A program made the translations under genes and the position numbers. Below, piece by piece: positions 49,491-60,051 of a stretch of DNA of 64,000 nucleotides. The notes beneath the pieces were generated by a model. It was given only the letters and a program-made list of their open reading frames with translations, had not been told where the DNA came from and ran no database searches. How positions within the stretch are numbered: the stretch's first letter is position 1; the number at the start of each line of letters is the position of its first letter. The stretch is from Truepera sp. (GTDB taxonomy: Bacteria > Deinococcota > Deinococci > Deinococcales > Trueperaceae). The stretch covers positions 1,760,001 through 1,824,000 of the forward strand of contig CBDCKW010000009.1 in NCBI GenBank assembly GCA_965218435.1, written 5' to 3'.

Positions 49491-50619
49491 CTAAGTACGG
49501 GACAAATCAAAGGAAAAAGGCTTCCTGAGCGAGAATAGCTGTGTGAAAGAATCTCGTGGAAGCCATTATCAGCATAAGACAAGCCTGAAACAAATACTAG
49601 CGGCAAAGTTGCCTATGAATGGAGCAAGGCTGACATGCCTGAGCACGTTGCTACTCGTACTGATTCAAGAGAAGACGGTCAACCTAGTAAGTCTGAGCTT
49701 AGCATTTCAGGGTAGAGCGGAGCCAGAATCAGCGTACCGTCGCATCAAGCGATTTTTTACAGAAGTACGCTTAGACAAGGTGAAAGTTGCTCAGTTTATC
49801 CTCAACTTGCTACCACCACCGCCTTACACCGTCTGCGTTGACCGCACGAACTGGCAGTTTGGCAGCCTCGACATCAACATTCTAGTGATTGCCATAGCCC
49901 ATAGAGGTGTTGCTTTTCCTATCGTATGGTCGTTTCTGAATAAAGGTGGAAATTCATCTAGTGAAGAACGTATCAGCCTGCTCCAATGTTTTTTCGAGCT
50001 TATAGCCTCCAAAGACGTAGCGTTTTTCTTGGCTGATAGGGAGTTTATCGGAGTAACCTGGATTAACTATCTGGATAAACGCCAGGTTCCTTTTGCCATT
50101 CGTATCCGTAAAGACAGCCTATGTGACAACTGGTGTCCCGTTCGTGCGCTTTTCGCCCACTTAGCTATAGGCGAACTCAAGGTTCTAAACAATAGCTATG
50201 GCTTTTACGGCTGTAACTTGCGTGCCGCTGGTATGAAGCTCTCTGGTAGCGATTACCTCATAGTTGTCACCAACCGTGCGCCTGCTCAAGCCTTTGTGGT
50301 TTACAAGCGTAGGTGGGAGATCGAAATGCTTTTTTCCGCCTTGAAAACAACCGGCTTTGAGCTTGAAGCTAGCCACCTTACTCGGCTTTATAAACTCGAT
50401 ACCCTTTTTACCCTCTTGGCTCTGGCTTTTACCTGGGCGCATCATGTAGGTGAATGGCTCCACGACAGCAAACGAAAGCTTCTGCGTATCAAGTCTCACC
50501 TACGCAGAGAAAAGTCTTTCTTCCGTCACAGTCTTGACTATCTCAGGCATCTGCTTAAGAATCTACACCTCAAGCATGACGACCTGCTTCTCTGTATTCA
50601 CTTTTTGTCCCGTACTTAG
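49491..50619 (+). mobile_element. IS4-family insertion sequence (ISAba1/IS10-like), 1129 bp
   Basis: 16-bp perfect TIR ctaagtacgggacaaa / tttgtcccgtacttag; 9-bp TSD cggtaaacc at 49482-49490 and 50620-50628. Confidence 0.96.
49543..50619 (+). CDS. IS4-family DDE transposase
   Basis: DRTNW, ADREF, YKRRWEIE.LF..LK (YREK); stop coincides with the end of the right TIR. Confidence 0.95.
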   Translation: MKESRGSHYQHKTSLKQILAAKLPMNGARLTCLSTLLLVLIQEKTVNLVSLSLAFQGRAEPESAYRRIKRFFTEVRLDKVKVAQFILNLLPPPPYTVCVDRTNWQFGSLDINILVIAIAHRGVAFPIVWSFLNKGGNSSSEERISLLQCFFELIASKDVAFFLADREFIGVTWINYLDKRQVPFAIRIRKDSLCDNWCPVRALFAHLAIGELKVLNNSYGFYGCNLRAAGMKLSGSDYLIVVTNRAPAQAFVVYKRRWEIEMLFSALKTTGFELEASHLTRLYKLDTLFTLLALAFTWAHHVGEWLHDSKRKLLRIKSHLRREKSFFRHSLDYLRHLLKNLHLKHDDLLLCIHFLSRT

Positions 50620-50709
50620 CGGTAAACCTAACAAGCCTGCTGTCACTTGGTTTAAGGCGGCGTTAACGAGGGAGCTTTACAAAAAAAGCAAAACGCGTAA
50701 ACTAAGCCT

Positions 50710-50946
50710 ATGAACGTTGACGACTGGGTTTTAGAAGCGGTGCGCCCCAACGCCCGTGGCGCAACTTTGCGTGAGGTGCAGCGTTACATTGACGAGCACC
50801 AGCACGAAGAGTTATCGGTCAAAGTCATCGGGGACGCGCTCGACAAACTCGTAGAGCGCGAACAGCTCACGCTCAGCAGCGAACGCTACTTCGCCGTACA
50901 AAAAACTAACAAAGAAGACGCGCTTAAAAAACTCTTCGGTGAATAA
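50710..50946 (+). CDS. Small hypothetical protein (possible winged helix)
   Basis: TAAACT 6 nt before ATG; GATLREVQRYI. Confidence 0.7.
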   Translation: MNVDDWVLEAVRPNARGATLREVQRYIDEHQHEELSVKVIGDALDKLVEREQLTLSSERYFAVQKTNKEDALKKLFGE

Positions 50947-50949
50947 CAC

Positions 50950-51276
50950 CTAAAATGGATAACGCACCGCCAGCTCACCGAGAAAAAAGATAGCGAGCGC
51001 GGCGAGGGCGCGAAAAAGGTGGTTACGCCAGACCACCCGGCCGATCACGATCTCGGCGTTGAGATAAGACGACACCGACGCCATCATCAGCCCGGTGGCC
51101 AAGATGATACGGGTGTAAGGGATGCTCGAGATAAACGCGGCGGCGGCAACGACCAAAACGACCGCTGAAAGCATAAACATGCCGGCCACCCACGGTTTAC
51201 GGCGACTGACCAGCCACGCGCCGAACGCGTTGACGAGCGCGTACGCCGCCGCTGCCAAAAACGCCACCACGGGCAC
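50950..51276 (-). CDS. Four-TM membrane protein
   Basis: Four hydrophobic segments; coupled to the upstream gene. Confidence 0.75.
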   Translation of the reverse strand: MPVVAFLAAAAYALVNAFGAWLVSRRKPWVAGMFMLSAVVLVVAAAAFISSIPYTRIILATGLMMASVSSYLNAEIVIGRVVWRNHLFRALAALAIFFLGELAVRYPF

Positions 51277-52115
51277 TAGGGCCGCCCGAACACTCTAGGT
51301 TCGTCCAAACGCTGCACGTAGGCGACAGAAAACGGCTTATAGACGATCTTTTGCGCTTGCGCGACGAGAAACGCGTCGGCGCTCACCGTTTCGTCGGCGA
51401 TCATGACGAGCTGCTCAACACTGCCTTTACGCCCTAAAAACCGCGCCGCGCCGAGCACCTCGAGGTCGGTACTCACCAGCCGCTCGGCCACGCGGCGGCC
51501 TTCGTCACGGAGGAGCTGAGGCGCGAGCTGGTGTTGCGACACAACGTGACGCTCGCCCACGACGCGCCGCACTACTGCGTCGGTGAGGAGCCACGGCTGC
51601 CCGATGACGCCGACTGTGCCGCCCTCGGACGGACGGACCCGCCAGCGGGGTTCGGGCAGGCGGGGCGCTCGCGCCGCGTTGCGGAAACGCTCCCAAACAC
51701 GCCGCACCAGCGCCGGGTCGTGCGTGAGGTTTAAGAGCGTACTGACGACTAAAGACTCGAGCCCGTCCCCGGTAAGCGACGTGGGTACCCCGAGAACCGG
51801 CGGCAACCCGCCCAGTGTGGCAACCAGTGCGCCCGGAAAGTCGGCGATAAAGGCGTCTTGCCCACCGCCACGCGTGGCACTCTCGCCGGGGTTGAGTTCC
51901 GGGGCAAGGATGACGTCGGCGTCTAACGCGAGTGCCTGCGCCGCCGCGAGCCGAAAGGCGGTCCCGGGCACCGCCTCCAAACGTGGGTCGGTCAGCGCAC
52001 GCCGCACCGCGTCGTCTTGCGCGTAGACAGGCTCTAACCCCGCGCCCGCCAAAAGTTTGGTCCAAAAATCCCCGTAACGGGGCCACAACAGCTGAGTGAT
52101 TAAACCGACTCTCAT
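51276..52115 (-). CDS. Hypothetical protein, weakly resembling acyl-CoA dehydratase activase-related (DUF2229-like) domains
   Basis: MRVGL...LLW.RYG.FW..LL and VGVIGQPWL patterns. Confidence 0.6.
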   Translation of the reverse strand: MRVGLITQLLWPRYGDFWTKLLAGAGLEPVYAQDDAVRRALTDPRLEAVPGTAFRLAAAQALALDADVILAPELNPGESATRGGGQDAFIADFPGALVATLGGLPPVLGVPTSLTGDGLESLVVSTLLNLTHDPALVRRVWERFRNAARAPRLPEPRWRVRPSEGGTVGVIGQPWLLTDAVVRRVVGERHVVSQHQLAPQLLRDEGRRVAERLVSTDLEVLGAARFLGRKGSVEQLVMIADETVSADAFLVAQAQKIVYKPFSVAYVQRLDEPRVFGRP

Positions 52116-52556
52116 AAGCAGGCCAGTCTAGCACGGAGGGTGTCGGGAGGCTCGAGGCGTTCAACTGTCCTCGGCTGATTTTTGACGCCACCCGAGAATC
52201 GGCAGTTCGTGCGGAAGGGCTGACGTACGGCGTTCGTATGAGCAAATACGCAAATGCGTTCATCTAACCTTGCTTGTAAATGGCAACTACCCACCAGCAG
52301 CTCTTCGTAACGGGTCTTTGCAGCAAGCAGCGGGTAAAAATCTTCACAGCTGCCCGCTTGAACGCGCGGTAGCGTGAGCTCAACTAAGGTCAGTACCTTA
52401 GCGGCGCTGAAACCGACTCTGTACTTGGGCGCTTGGAGTCGGCCGAGCCAGTAGCGCAACCGGCTGAGGATGACAGCTTAGTTTGTCCTCCTGCACTTTT
52501 TCTAGTGGCTGTCTTGACCCCGGAGCCAGCCCTAACGACCTCTCGGAGGATCAGTT

Positions 52557-54506
52557 ATGCCAAAACACGCTGCGCTGCGGCGTACTCCCTTAGTCTCGAG
52601 TATGTTCGGTCTTTTGCTGGCGCTTTTGGCGGGCTGTAGCAGCGCCCCAACGAGCGCCTTACCCCCTGAACTCATGAGTTTAGCCGCGCCTGCTGTGGAA
52701 AATGAGCAGGGCTTACTCGTAGTTGACGCCACCGCCTTTCAAGCCAACCAACCTAGGGGCGGCCACAGTTGGCAGTTGCAAAAAGACGCGGAAGCCACCG
52801 GCGGCACCGCCATGGCCGCGCTTCGTGGCCTTCACGTCACCCTCGACCGCCAGGTTGAACGGACCAGCCCCCGCCTCGACTACCGTGTTCAGTTTGTCAA
52901 AGCGGGGACACATTATGTTTGGGTTCACGGCCAAGCGGCGGCGCAGCAGAGCCTTAACGGTGATTCACTCCACGTCGGCCTAAACGGTAGGGTAGCGAGC
53001 AGTGCCAAGCGTATTACCGGCTTTGGGCAAGACTACGCCTGGGTCAACCAGACGATGGCTAGGCGCGTGGCGACCATCAGGATACCGAAACCGGGCGTCT
53101 ACACCTTAAACGTCTGGATGCGCGAAGACGGTACGCAGTTTGACGCGCTCGCCCTTGCAACCGACGCACGCTTCGTTCCGTCGGACGCGCTGGCGGCTAA
53201 GCCGGTAGCCGCGCCAGAGGTTTCCGAAGCGCCTGCTGCACCCATATTAAGTTCGCCTACCAGCAGCGTTACGCCTACTCGAGTAGCATTTTCAGCTCAG
53301 GCACTGCGCAACTCTGTTGGCGTCAACATTCATAGCACCTATGATGACACGGCCTATTATGACGTCAGCCGAATCATCAGCTATCTTAAAATGCTGGGAC
53401 CTACGTGGGTCAGAGAGGGCGTGCATCAGCACCCACGCGCTTGGCATCCCGGATTTTTACGCGACCTAAAAAATGCCGGCTTTAAGGTCAGCGTCGGCGT
53501 CGGTGATCCGGCAGGTACCTACGGTAACTTCGGGATAGGCGACAGCGGCAACTTAGTCGAGTCACTTAAGACAACCTACGCCGGAATGTACGACCAGTTC
53601 GAGCTACCCAACGAGTGGGATTTGTTTTCGCCGACCAGCAACTGGGTAGACGAGCTGAGCAGTTTTTATAACGAATACTACGGTGCGCTTAAAAACGATC
53701 CGTACTTTAGGGGTGTGCGCGTCGTCGGTCCCTCATTCGGTACTCCCAACGGACCCAAGGCGTTCTCCAAAAGTGCTGACGCTGCGAATATTCACCCTTA
53801 TACCGGGGGCACGATGCCGGAAACGGACGATATCGCGCGGGCGATCGCCGAAGCGAAGAGACGAGCAGGGTCGGGTCAAGTTGTGGCAACCGAACTCGGT
53901 TATCACAACGCGGTCAATACGTCGTCCGGATTTCGCGGCGTACCTGAAGACGTTGCAGCGCATTACCTCGTCCGCACGCTGCTCTGGAACTTTTCGCAGG
54001 GCGTTGATCAAAACTATGTGTATCAGCTGTTTGACCAAAAGCCGAACGACCCGCAGCGTACTGAAATGGAGGAGTGGTTCGGCCTGGTCGCGGTCGAGGG
54101 CAACCCGGGCGCGTCCCCGACGACCTGGACACTCCGCAAAAAGCCCGCCTTTGACGCGGTTGCCCGGTTCCAGAACTACTTACGCGACTCAGGCAACGCT
54201 TCTATGCCGGATACCCTACCTTTTGAAGTTGCGGGCCTGCCGCAAAACGCGGTGATGCTTCCGGTGACCCGTAAAGACGGGAGTTACGACGTTGCGCTGT
54301 GGCTCGAGAACTCGCTTTATGAACGTAACAGCCGCACGCTCGTCCCGGACACCACCAAAACCGTCACACTCCGGTTTAACTCGGCGGTCAGCGTAAGCGG
54401 CTACCGGCCTTCGGTAAGTGGAGCCGTCACCCAAGTCAGCAACCATACGGCCGAGGTGAACGTACCGGTAGACGGCAAAGTCACATTTTTTAGAGTTACG
54501 CCGTAG
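52557..54506 (+). CDS. Lipoprotein glycoside hydrolase (clan GH-A-like) with N-terminal beta-sandwich module
   Basis: Lipobox LLAGC; PNEWD acid/base, HPY, TELGY nucleophile, WFGL; Ala/Pro linker. Confidence 0.75.
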   Translation: MPKHAALRRTPLVSSMFGLLLALLAGCSSAPTSALPPELMSLAAPAVENEQGLLVVDATAFQANQPRGGHSWQLQKDAEATGGTAMAALRGLHVTLDRQVERTSPRLDYRVQFVKAGTHYVWVHGQAAAQQSLNGDSLHVGLNGRVASSAKRITGFGQDYAWVNQTMARRVATIRIPKPGVYTLNVWMREDGTQFDALALATDARFVPSDALAAKPVAAPEVSEAPAAPILSSPTSSVTPTRVAFSAQALRNSVGVNIHSTYDDTAYYDVSRIISYLKMLGPTWVREGVHQHPRAWHPGFLRDLKNAGFKVSVGVGDPAGTYGNFGIGDSGNLVESLKTTYAGMYDQFELPNEWDLFSPTSNWVDELSSFYNEYYGALKNDPYFRGVRVVGPSFGTPNGPKAFSKSADAANIHPYTGGTMPETDDIARAIAEAKRRAGSGQVVATELGYHNAVNTSSGFRGVPEDVAAHYLVRTLLWNFSQGVDQNYVYQLFDQKPNDPQRTEMEEWFGLVAVEGNPGASPTTWTLRKKPAFDAVARFQNYLRDSGNASMPDTLPFEVAGLPQNAVMLPVTRKDGSYDVALWLENSLYERNSRTLVPDTTKTVTLRFNSAVSVSGYRPSVSGAVTQVSNHTAEVNVPVDGKVTFFRVTP

Positions 54507-54907
54507 CGAAAACTTGCAGCGGTGCGGCGCAGGCTTTTTCTCGCAACTTTAGACGCTTCTCTGCCCTTTAGTCTTATACCGGCTACCGCCAAAAGGACTA
54601 GCCTGGTCGTACTGGTATAAAGGCTTTAGACTAGGTATAGTTCCTAAGCGTTGACTACATTTGTGTTGGGTCATTCGTGTCTTTTCAGGCAATTGTTGGT
54701 AAACCGCTCGAAAGCCGTCTTAACCCGTAGCCGAGCACAAGTTTTGTAAACCTCGTTCTGGTCAGCTGTACAGCACTAGCTAGACGAGCTAGATGTAAAG
54801 AGTCGTCAGTACAAAAGCAGTAGGAGTAAATGCGGACAATTATACTGGGACGGGACACGAGATGTGGCACGATACGACTATATGGGCAAGACTGTGCAGG
54901 TAAAACC

Positions 54908-56200
54908 ATGCGGCTAGACTGGCCTTTAGAACAGATCGTCGCCTTTTTTCTGGCCTTCACTTTGGTGGGCACAGCTCAGGCGAGTACCCCGGCATCAGCG
55001 GCGCAGTTTTTTGGCGCACTTGGGACGCGGCCTGAACTCGCCGCAGCGCACGCTGCCGTCGAAGCGGCTGAAGCAGGGCTGGCGCAAGCCCATAACCCGG
55101 TTGCCCTCGACCTAAACGTCGCTTCAAATACGCGAGCGGGGCTCGGGCCGGTCGATACCAGAGTCGGCGTCGGCGTAACAGCGTATCCGTTTCGCTACGG
55201 TCAACCCGGCGACGTGCTGCGGCTGCGCGAACTCGACTTGGAGCGGGCACAACTCGCGCTCCGCGAAGCGCGTACGCTCCTCGAGGCGAGAGCGTTTGAA
55301 AGCGCCTTGGCCGTAAAACTCGCTCATGAATCGCTCCAGCTTGTGCGCACTTCGGCGGAAGCTAGTGCGGCCGGTTTTACGGCGGCGCAGCTCCGCTTTC
55401 GCCGGGGTTTAGCGACGCCCGCCGAACTGCGGAGCGCCGCCGCCGAACGGCAGCGAGCTCAAAACCTCGTCGCCAGTGCCGAGGCGAACGCGGCCCTGGC
55501 CGAGGCGACCCTAACAGAACTGGTCGGTCAGGTGCGGTTAAAGAAGCTGCCCAAGCTCGAGGTCACCAAAGCGGCCTTCGCTCTGGCGGTGCCGCCCTTT
55601 GTACGCCGCGCCGAACTAGACGTCACCGCCGCGCAGATTGGACAAGACGGCTCCGCCAGACCTTTTTATCCGGTGGCCGAGCTGAGTTACAGCTACGACG
55701 TATCGTCTCAAAACCGGCTGTCCGCTTCGGTCAGCTCCCAAGATTTGGCTCCACGGGTCGGGTACAGCTTCGACTATAACGGCTATGATGACGCCCCACG
55801 GTTGGCGCTCCGGGTAGCGGCGACCCTCGCGCCCGAACAGTTTGACAACGTGACGCGCCTCACCGCCTTGCGGCGCTCAGCCGCGGCGTCCTTAGCAGCG
55901 GCGCAGCAAAACGCCGCCGTGACCGAGGCGCAGCTTCGCACGCGGTCAGCCGAAGTCGGGCGCAATAAAAGGTTAGCAGAGCTCGTTTTCGAGAATGCCA
56001 TGCAGAACTTGGCTGAAGTGCGTGAGCGCGAAACATTGGGGGCCGGGACCCCGCTCGAGACCCAAGCAGCGGCGGCGGCGCTCGCTGACGCCGGGTTAGA
56101 GCTGCGTGACGCCCGTCAAACAGCGACCACCGCACAGCTCGACCTCTACAGATTTTTTGGACTACCCCTCTCGGCCACGCCGGGTTTGGAGACACCGTGA
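54908..56200 (+). CDS. TolC-family outer-membrane efflux protein
   Basis: Signal peptide, PELAAA, RFRRGLAT, Ala-rich coiled coils. Confidence 0.82.
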   Translation: MRLDWPLEQIVAFFLAFTLVGTAQASTPASAAQFFGALGTRPELAAAHAAVEAAEAGLAQAHNPVALDLNVASNTRAGLGPVDTRVGVGVTAYPFRYGQPGDVLRLRELDLERAQLALREARTLLEARAFESALAVKLAHESLQLVRTSAEASAAGFTAAQLRFRRGLATPAELRSAAAERQRAQNLVASAEANAALAEATLTELVGQVRLKKLPKLEVTKAAFALAVPPFVRRAELDVTAAQIGQDGSARPFYPVAELSYSYDVSSQNRLSASVSSQDLAPRVGYSFDYNGYDDAPRLALRVAATLAPEQFDNVTRLTALRRSAAASLAAAQQNAAVTEAQLRTRSAEVGRNKRLAELVFENAMQNLAEVRERETLGAGTPLETQAAAAALADAGLELRDARQTATTAQLDLYRFFGLPLSATPGLETP

Positions 56201-57318
56201 CGGTTATTGGCTCACCGAGATTATTTTTTGGCCGCGTCAGCCGCACGGAAACGGGGGTTAAGCTGCGTCACTTAGGCGCGGCACTAGGATTTTTGGGACT
56301 CGCCACAGTTGGTACCGGGGCGCACGCCTACAGCCTCAGCGACGCGCTAAAGAGCGCCCAAGAGCGCCCCGCCGTCACCGCCGCGCAGCTCGAGATTGAC
56401 GGTGCGCGGGCCGACCTCGAGCGTACCAACGCCGACCCTTTTGCCCTGGCGCTCGAAAAAATCCAAGCGCAGCAGCGCCTCGAGCTGACACAAGTCACCG
56501 CGAAGGGAGCCTTTTATACCGCTCTCAGCGAACTCGGGAGCGCGTACACCGCGCAGCTGCAAGCCGAACTCGAGGCTGAAGCCGCCCGCGAAAACGAGGC
56601 GCTGACGAGACGTCTCCTCGAGGTCGCCAGGATAAGGTTTGGACGCGGCAGCGTCACCGAGCTCGACGTGCGCGAGGCCGAGGCGAACTTAAGTGTCGCC
56701 CAAGCTGCGCACATCGCCGCCGAAGAGACGCTCGCGCTCAGCCGTACCAGCTTGCAGGCACTCCTCCCCGCCGGAACCGAAACGGAGCCGCTCGAGCCGA
56801 TCCCTGAAAGCGCCGTCTTGCGCCCCCTGCCGGGCGTCGCCCAAGTTTTAGAGGCCAGCCATACTCCGGCGCTCCTCGGGGTCAGCCAGAGTTTGGCATT
56901 GGCGCGACTGCAAAACAGTCTGCTCGACCCGAGTTACAGCTCGGCGCGCGAAATAGCGGCGGCCCGGACGACACTGGGGGCCGCCCAGGTCAGTTTAGAA
57001 GAAACCGTACGCACCCAAAATGCCCAGCTTCGCACCCTCTACGCCCAGACCAGCGCCGCCCAAGAGCTGTACCGTGCCCAAAAGTCGGCGGCGAGGGCCG
57101 CGCGGGAGCGGCTGAGTTTTCAGCAAAACCGGTTTTCGCGGGGTTTAATTTCCGACCTCGAGCTGCGCCAGAGCGAGTACACGGCCACCCAAGCGAGGCT
57201 CGAGCTACTCCGCGCCAAACACGCTTACGTGACCTCGGTCTTTGACCTGCAGGCCGCCGCCGCCACCGAACTCTGGCCGTTAGACGAGCCCAGCTCAGCG
57301 CCCGGCGGGGGGAGCTGA
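56197..57318 (+). CDS. TolC-family outer-membrane efflux protein
   Basis: RFGRGSVTELDV and RFSRGLISDLEL repeats. Confidence 0.82.
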   Translation: MTVIGSPRLFFGRVSRTETGVKLRHLGAALGFLGLATVGTGAHAYSLSDALKSAQERPAVTAAQLEIDGARADLERTNADPFALALEKIQAQQRLELTQVTAKGAFYTALSELGSAYTAQLQAELEAEAARENEALTRRLLEVARIRFGRGSVTELDVREAEANLSVAQAAHIAAEETLALSRTSLQALLPAGTETEPLEPIPESAVLRPLPGVAQVLEASHTPALLGVSQSLALARLQNSLLDPSYSSAREIAAARTTLGAAQVSLEETVRTQNAQLRTLYAQTSAAQELYRAQKSAARAARERLSFQQNRFSRGLISDLELRQSEYTATQARLELLRAKHAYVTSVFDLQAAAATELWPLDEPSSAPGGGS

Positions 57319-58487
57319 TGCGACCTTTCCGCCAGCTTGTCTGGGTTGTCGTCGTACTTGCAGGGCTGGCCTACGCCCAGCCTGCCCAGTCGGTCGAGGT
57401 CGTCAAGGCGCACCTCGGCAAACTTAGCGCGACGCGCACCACCTCGGTGGTGATCGGCCCCGAACAAGAGGTCACGGTCACGGCTGAAACTGCGGGCCAG
57501 GTGCTCGCGGTGGCCAAACGGCAAGACACCGCCGTGCAAAAAGGTGAGGTGATCGTACAGCTCGATTCGGAGAACCTGACGCGCACCGTCCAAGAGGCGC
57601 AGTTCGCCCTCTCGAGCGCCCAGGTTAATCTCAACAGTGCAAGCGCGACCACGCAGAGCCAACAGACCCAAGCCGAACTCGCGGTACGCAGCGCCGAAGC
57701 CGGATATGAAGCCGCCCATAATGACTACCTCGAGGCTCAAGACCTGTTTAAGATCGGCGCGATTTCTAAAACCGAACTCAACACCGCCGAAACCGCCTTT
57801 TTAGCCGCCGAAACTGCCCTGGGTCAAGCGAAGGCGCTCTTGGCGCAAGCCGAGGCCGGGGGCAACGTCGAGCTGCTGCAGCTCCAAGTCGAGCAGGCCC
57901 AAGCCAACCTGACCCGAGCGCAAGAGGCCCTGGCTGAAGCAAATATCACCGCGCCGGTCACCGGCGTCATCACCAGGATGCTGGTCGAACAAGGCGCGTT
58001 CGTGGGCCAAGGCACCCCCGTCTTTAGCGTTGCCTCGACCGAGCAGCAGCTCGCCACTTTTCAGGTACCCCTACCGGTAGCGGAGCAGTTGAGCCGTGAG
58101 AAGACCCTTCGTTTCTCTTTCGGCGGGACACCCCACACCGCACAGGTGCTGACCACGAGCGCACTCAATCCCAAAACGCAGCTCGTGACCGTAACCGCGC
58201 ACCTCAAGCCTTCTAAACCCCCTATTCCCAACGGCAGCCGGACTCAGCTCTCGTACCGCTACGCCGACGCTGGTGGGATTATCCTGCCGAGCGGCGCAGT
58301 GCAGCGGGGTCCCGGTCGCCGGTTTGTCTTTGTCGTAACCCAGAGTAGGGCCGTGCGGCGTGAGGTCGAAGTCCTCGGTGAAACCAAAAATCAGGTCGCC
58401 GTTTTGGGGATTAAAGCGGGGGCTCAGGTCGTCTATCCGGTACCGCCTAACTTACGCGACGGAACACGCGTGGGCGTAGCTAACTAA
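57318..58487 (+). CDS. Periplasmic adaptor (membrane fusion protein)
   Basis: VQKGEVIVQLD and ITAPVTG lipoyl halves flanking a coiled coil; GAISKTEL. Confidence 0.9.
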   Translation: MRPFRQLVWVVVVLAGLAYAQPAQSVEVVKAHLGKLSATRTTSVVIGPEQEVTVTAETAGQVLAVAKRQDTAVQKGEVIVQLDSENLTRTVQEAQFALSSAQVNLNSASATTQSQQTQAELAVRSAEAGYEAAHNDYLEAQDLFKIGAISKTELNTAETAFLAAETALGQAKALLAQAEAGGNVELLQLQVEQAQANLTRAQEALAEANITAPVTGVITRMLVEQGAFVGQGTPVFSVASTEQQLATFQVPLPVAEQLSREKTLRFSFGGTPHTAQVLTTSALNPKTQLVTVTAHLKPSKPPIPNGSRTQLSYRYADAGGIILPSGAVQRGPGRRFVFVVTQSRAVRREVEVLGETKNQVAVLGIKAGAQVVYPVPPNLRDGTRVGVAN

Positions 58488-58700
58488 ATAGGTGCAAGTT
58501 AGCTACCACTGCTGTTGACATCAGCCGGTCAAGAGCTGCCCCAGAAAGGTTTTTTGCTATGCCCTTTAATCTTGCTTTACCTGGGTATCCGCCCAAGCCA
58601 GTCTTCAAGCCTTCCGGGGCCGCGAACACTCTTGGTGAGCTCGAGAGTAGTTTATGAAACAGCGTAAAACACCTTTAGTTCCTCCTGCTCAAGGGCGGTA

Positions 58701-60044
58701 ATGACCAGACTTTTTCGCGCCGCCGGGGTTTTCGTCTACGGCAAAGGCATGTTCGCCGCCTCCGTACAAACGCTGCTGATCAGCGTCGTTATCTTGTTTA
58801 TCAACCTCTTAACCGGGATTATCACAGCTCGGTTTTTAGGGGCTGCAGGGCGCGGCGAGCAGGAGGCGATAGGGGCTTGGCCGCTCTTTTTGGCGCAGGC
58901 ATTTACCTTAGGCTTACCTTCAGCACTCGTCTATAATCTCAAAAAAACTCCGGCACAAGCTGCCAAGCTGTTTGCCGCTGCGGTCGTTTCCGGGTTATTG
59001 GCCGGTTCACTCGCTATCGCTGTAGGGGTAACCTTTATTCCGCTGTGGCTCGCTCAACATCACGCTAACGTGATCGGCAGCGCAAAAATCTTGATGTTTT
59101 TCGCGCCTGCAGTGCTGCTAGATGAGATTTTTTCTTCTGCGCTCCGGGCCAAAGGAAATTACGCACTTTTTAATGTCATTCGCTTTTTACGTCCTTCGGC
59201 CACAGTAGCCGCGCTGCTTACGCTCGCCCTGCTCGGCTGGCTTACCCCGTTTAGAGCAACGCTCTGCTACCTGGTTCCAAGCTTGCCCATCTCAGCGTGG
59301 CTTTTTAGCCAAATCTGGCGGGTGTACAGGCCCAGTTGGACGAAAATCGGGCCAGCGACGAAAAAGCTCTTCTCGTATGGAGCCCGGTCTTATGGCATTG
59401 ACCTTTTAGGTACGTTGTCGTTACAACTCGATAAAGTTCTGGTGGTTGGACTTTTAAGCGCCCCCAGCATGGGGCTCTACGCCGTCTCACTAAGCCTCGC
59501 TAAGATGCTCAATATTTTTCAGGGCGCGGCGATTACCGTTTTGTTCCCCCAAGCTTCGGGGCTCTCGCCGCAAGAGGCGGTTGCTATGGCAGGACGCACC
59601 GCGCGTATCAGCACGGCGGTCACGGTCGTCTCTGCACTCGTTTTAGCTGCGCTAGGCCCGTGGGCGCTCTCTTTTCTCTACGGTCCCGAGTTTCGCGGCG
59701 GTACCAACCTGATGCGCCTTTTGATTTTAGTAACCATCTTTGAAGGAACCGGCAGCGTCTTGGCGCAAGCGTTTATGGCCACCGACCGCCCCGGTTTGAT
59801 TACCACGCTGCAAGGTTTGGGTCTACTGCTCAACCTGCCGCTTTTGCTCGTGCTGGTTCCAGCATTTGGGCTGATGGGCGCAGGAACCTCACTCCTTATC
59901 ACCTCACTGGTACGGCTGATTTTTATCATTGCTGCTTTTCCGCGCGTGCTCAAGGTGCCGCCCCCAAGGTTATGGCTCAACCTCGAGGATTTTAGTGATA
60001 TCAAACGCGTTGTCTTGTCCCTTAGCAACCGGGGCGTCGGTTAG
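58701..60044 (+). CDS. Wzx-type oligosaccharide flippase
   Basis: ARFLGAAGRG, LDKVLV...MGLYAV; multi-TM MOP pattern. Confidence 0.88.
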   Translation: MTRLFRAAGVFVYGKGMFAASVQTLLISVVILFINLLTGIITARFLGAAGRGEQEAIGAWPLFLAQAFTLGLPSALVYNLKKTPAQAAKLFAAAVVSGLLAGSLAIAVGVTFIPLWLAQHHANVIGSAKILMFFAPAVLLDEIFSSALRAKGNYALFNVIRFLRPSATVAALLTLALLGWLTPFRATLCYLVPSLPISAWLFSQIWRVYRPSWTKIGPATKKLFSYGARSYGIDLLGTLSLQLDKVLVVGLLSAPSMGLYAVSLSLAKMLNIFQGAAITVLFPQASGLSPQEAVAMAGRTARISTAVTVVSALVLAALGPWALSFLYGPEFRGGTNLMRLLILVTIFEGTGSVLAQAFMATDRPGLITTLQGLGLLLNLPLLLVLVPAFGLMGAGTSLLITSLVRLIFIIAAFPRVLKVPPPRLWLNLEDFSDIKRVVLSLSNRGVG

Positions 60045-60051
60045 ACAGCTT

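Noticed and set aside
52112..52556. ORF 52112-52459
   Set aside because: No recognisable family, and it covers the promoter-like TAGACT of the downstream gene
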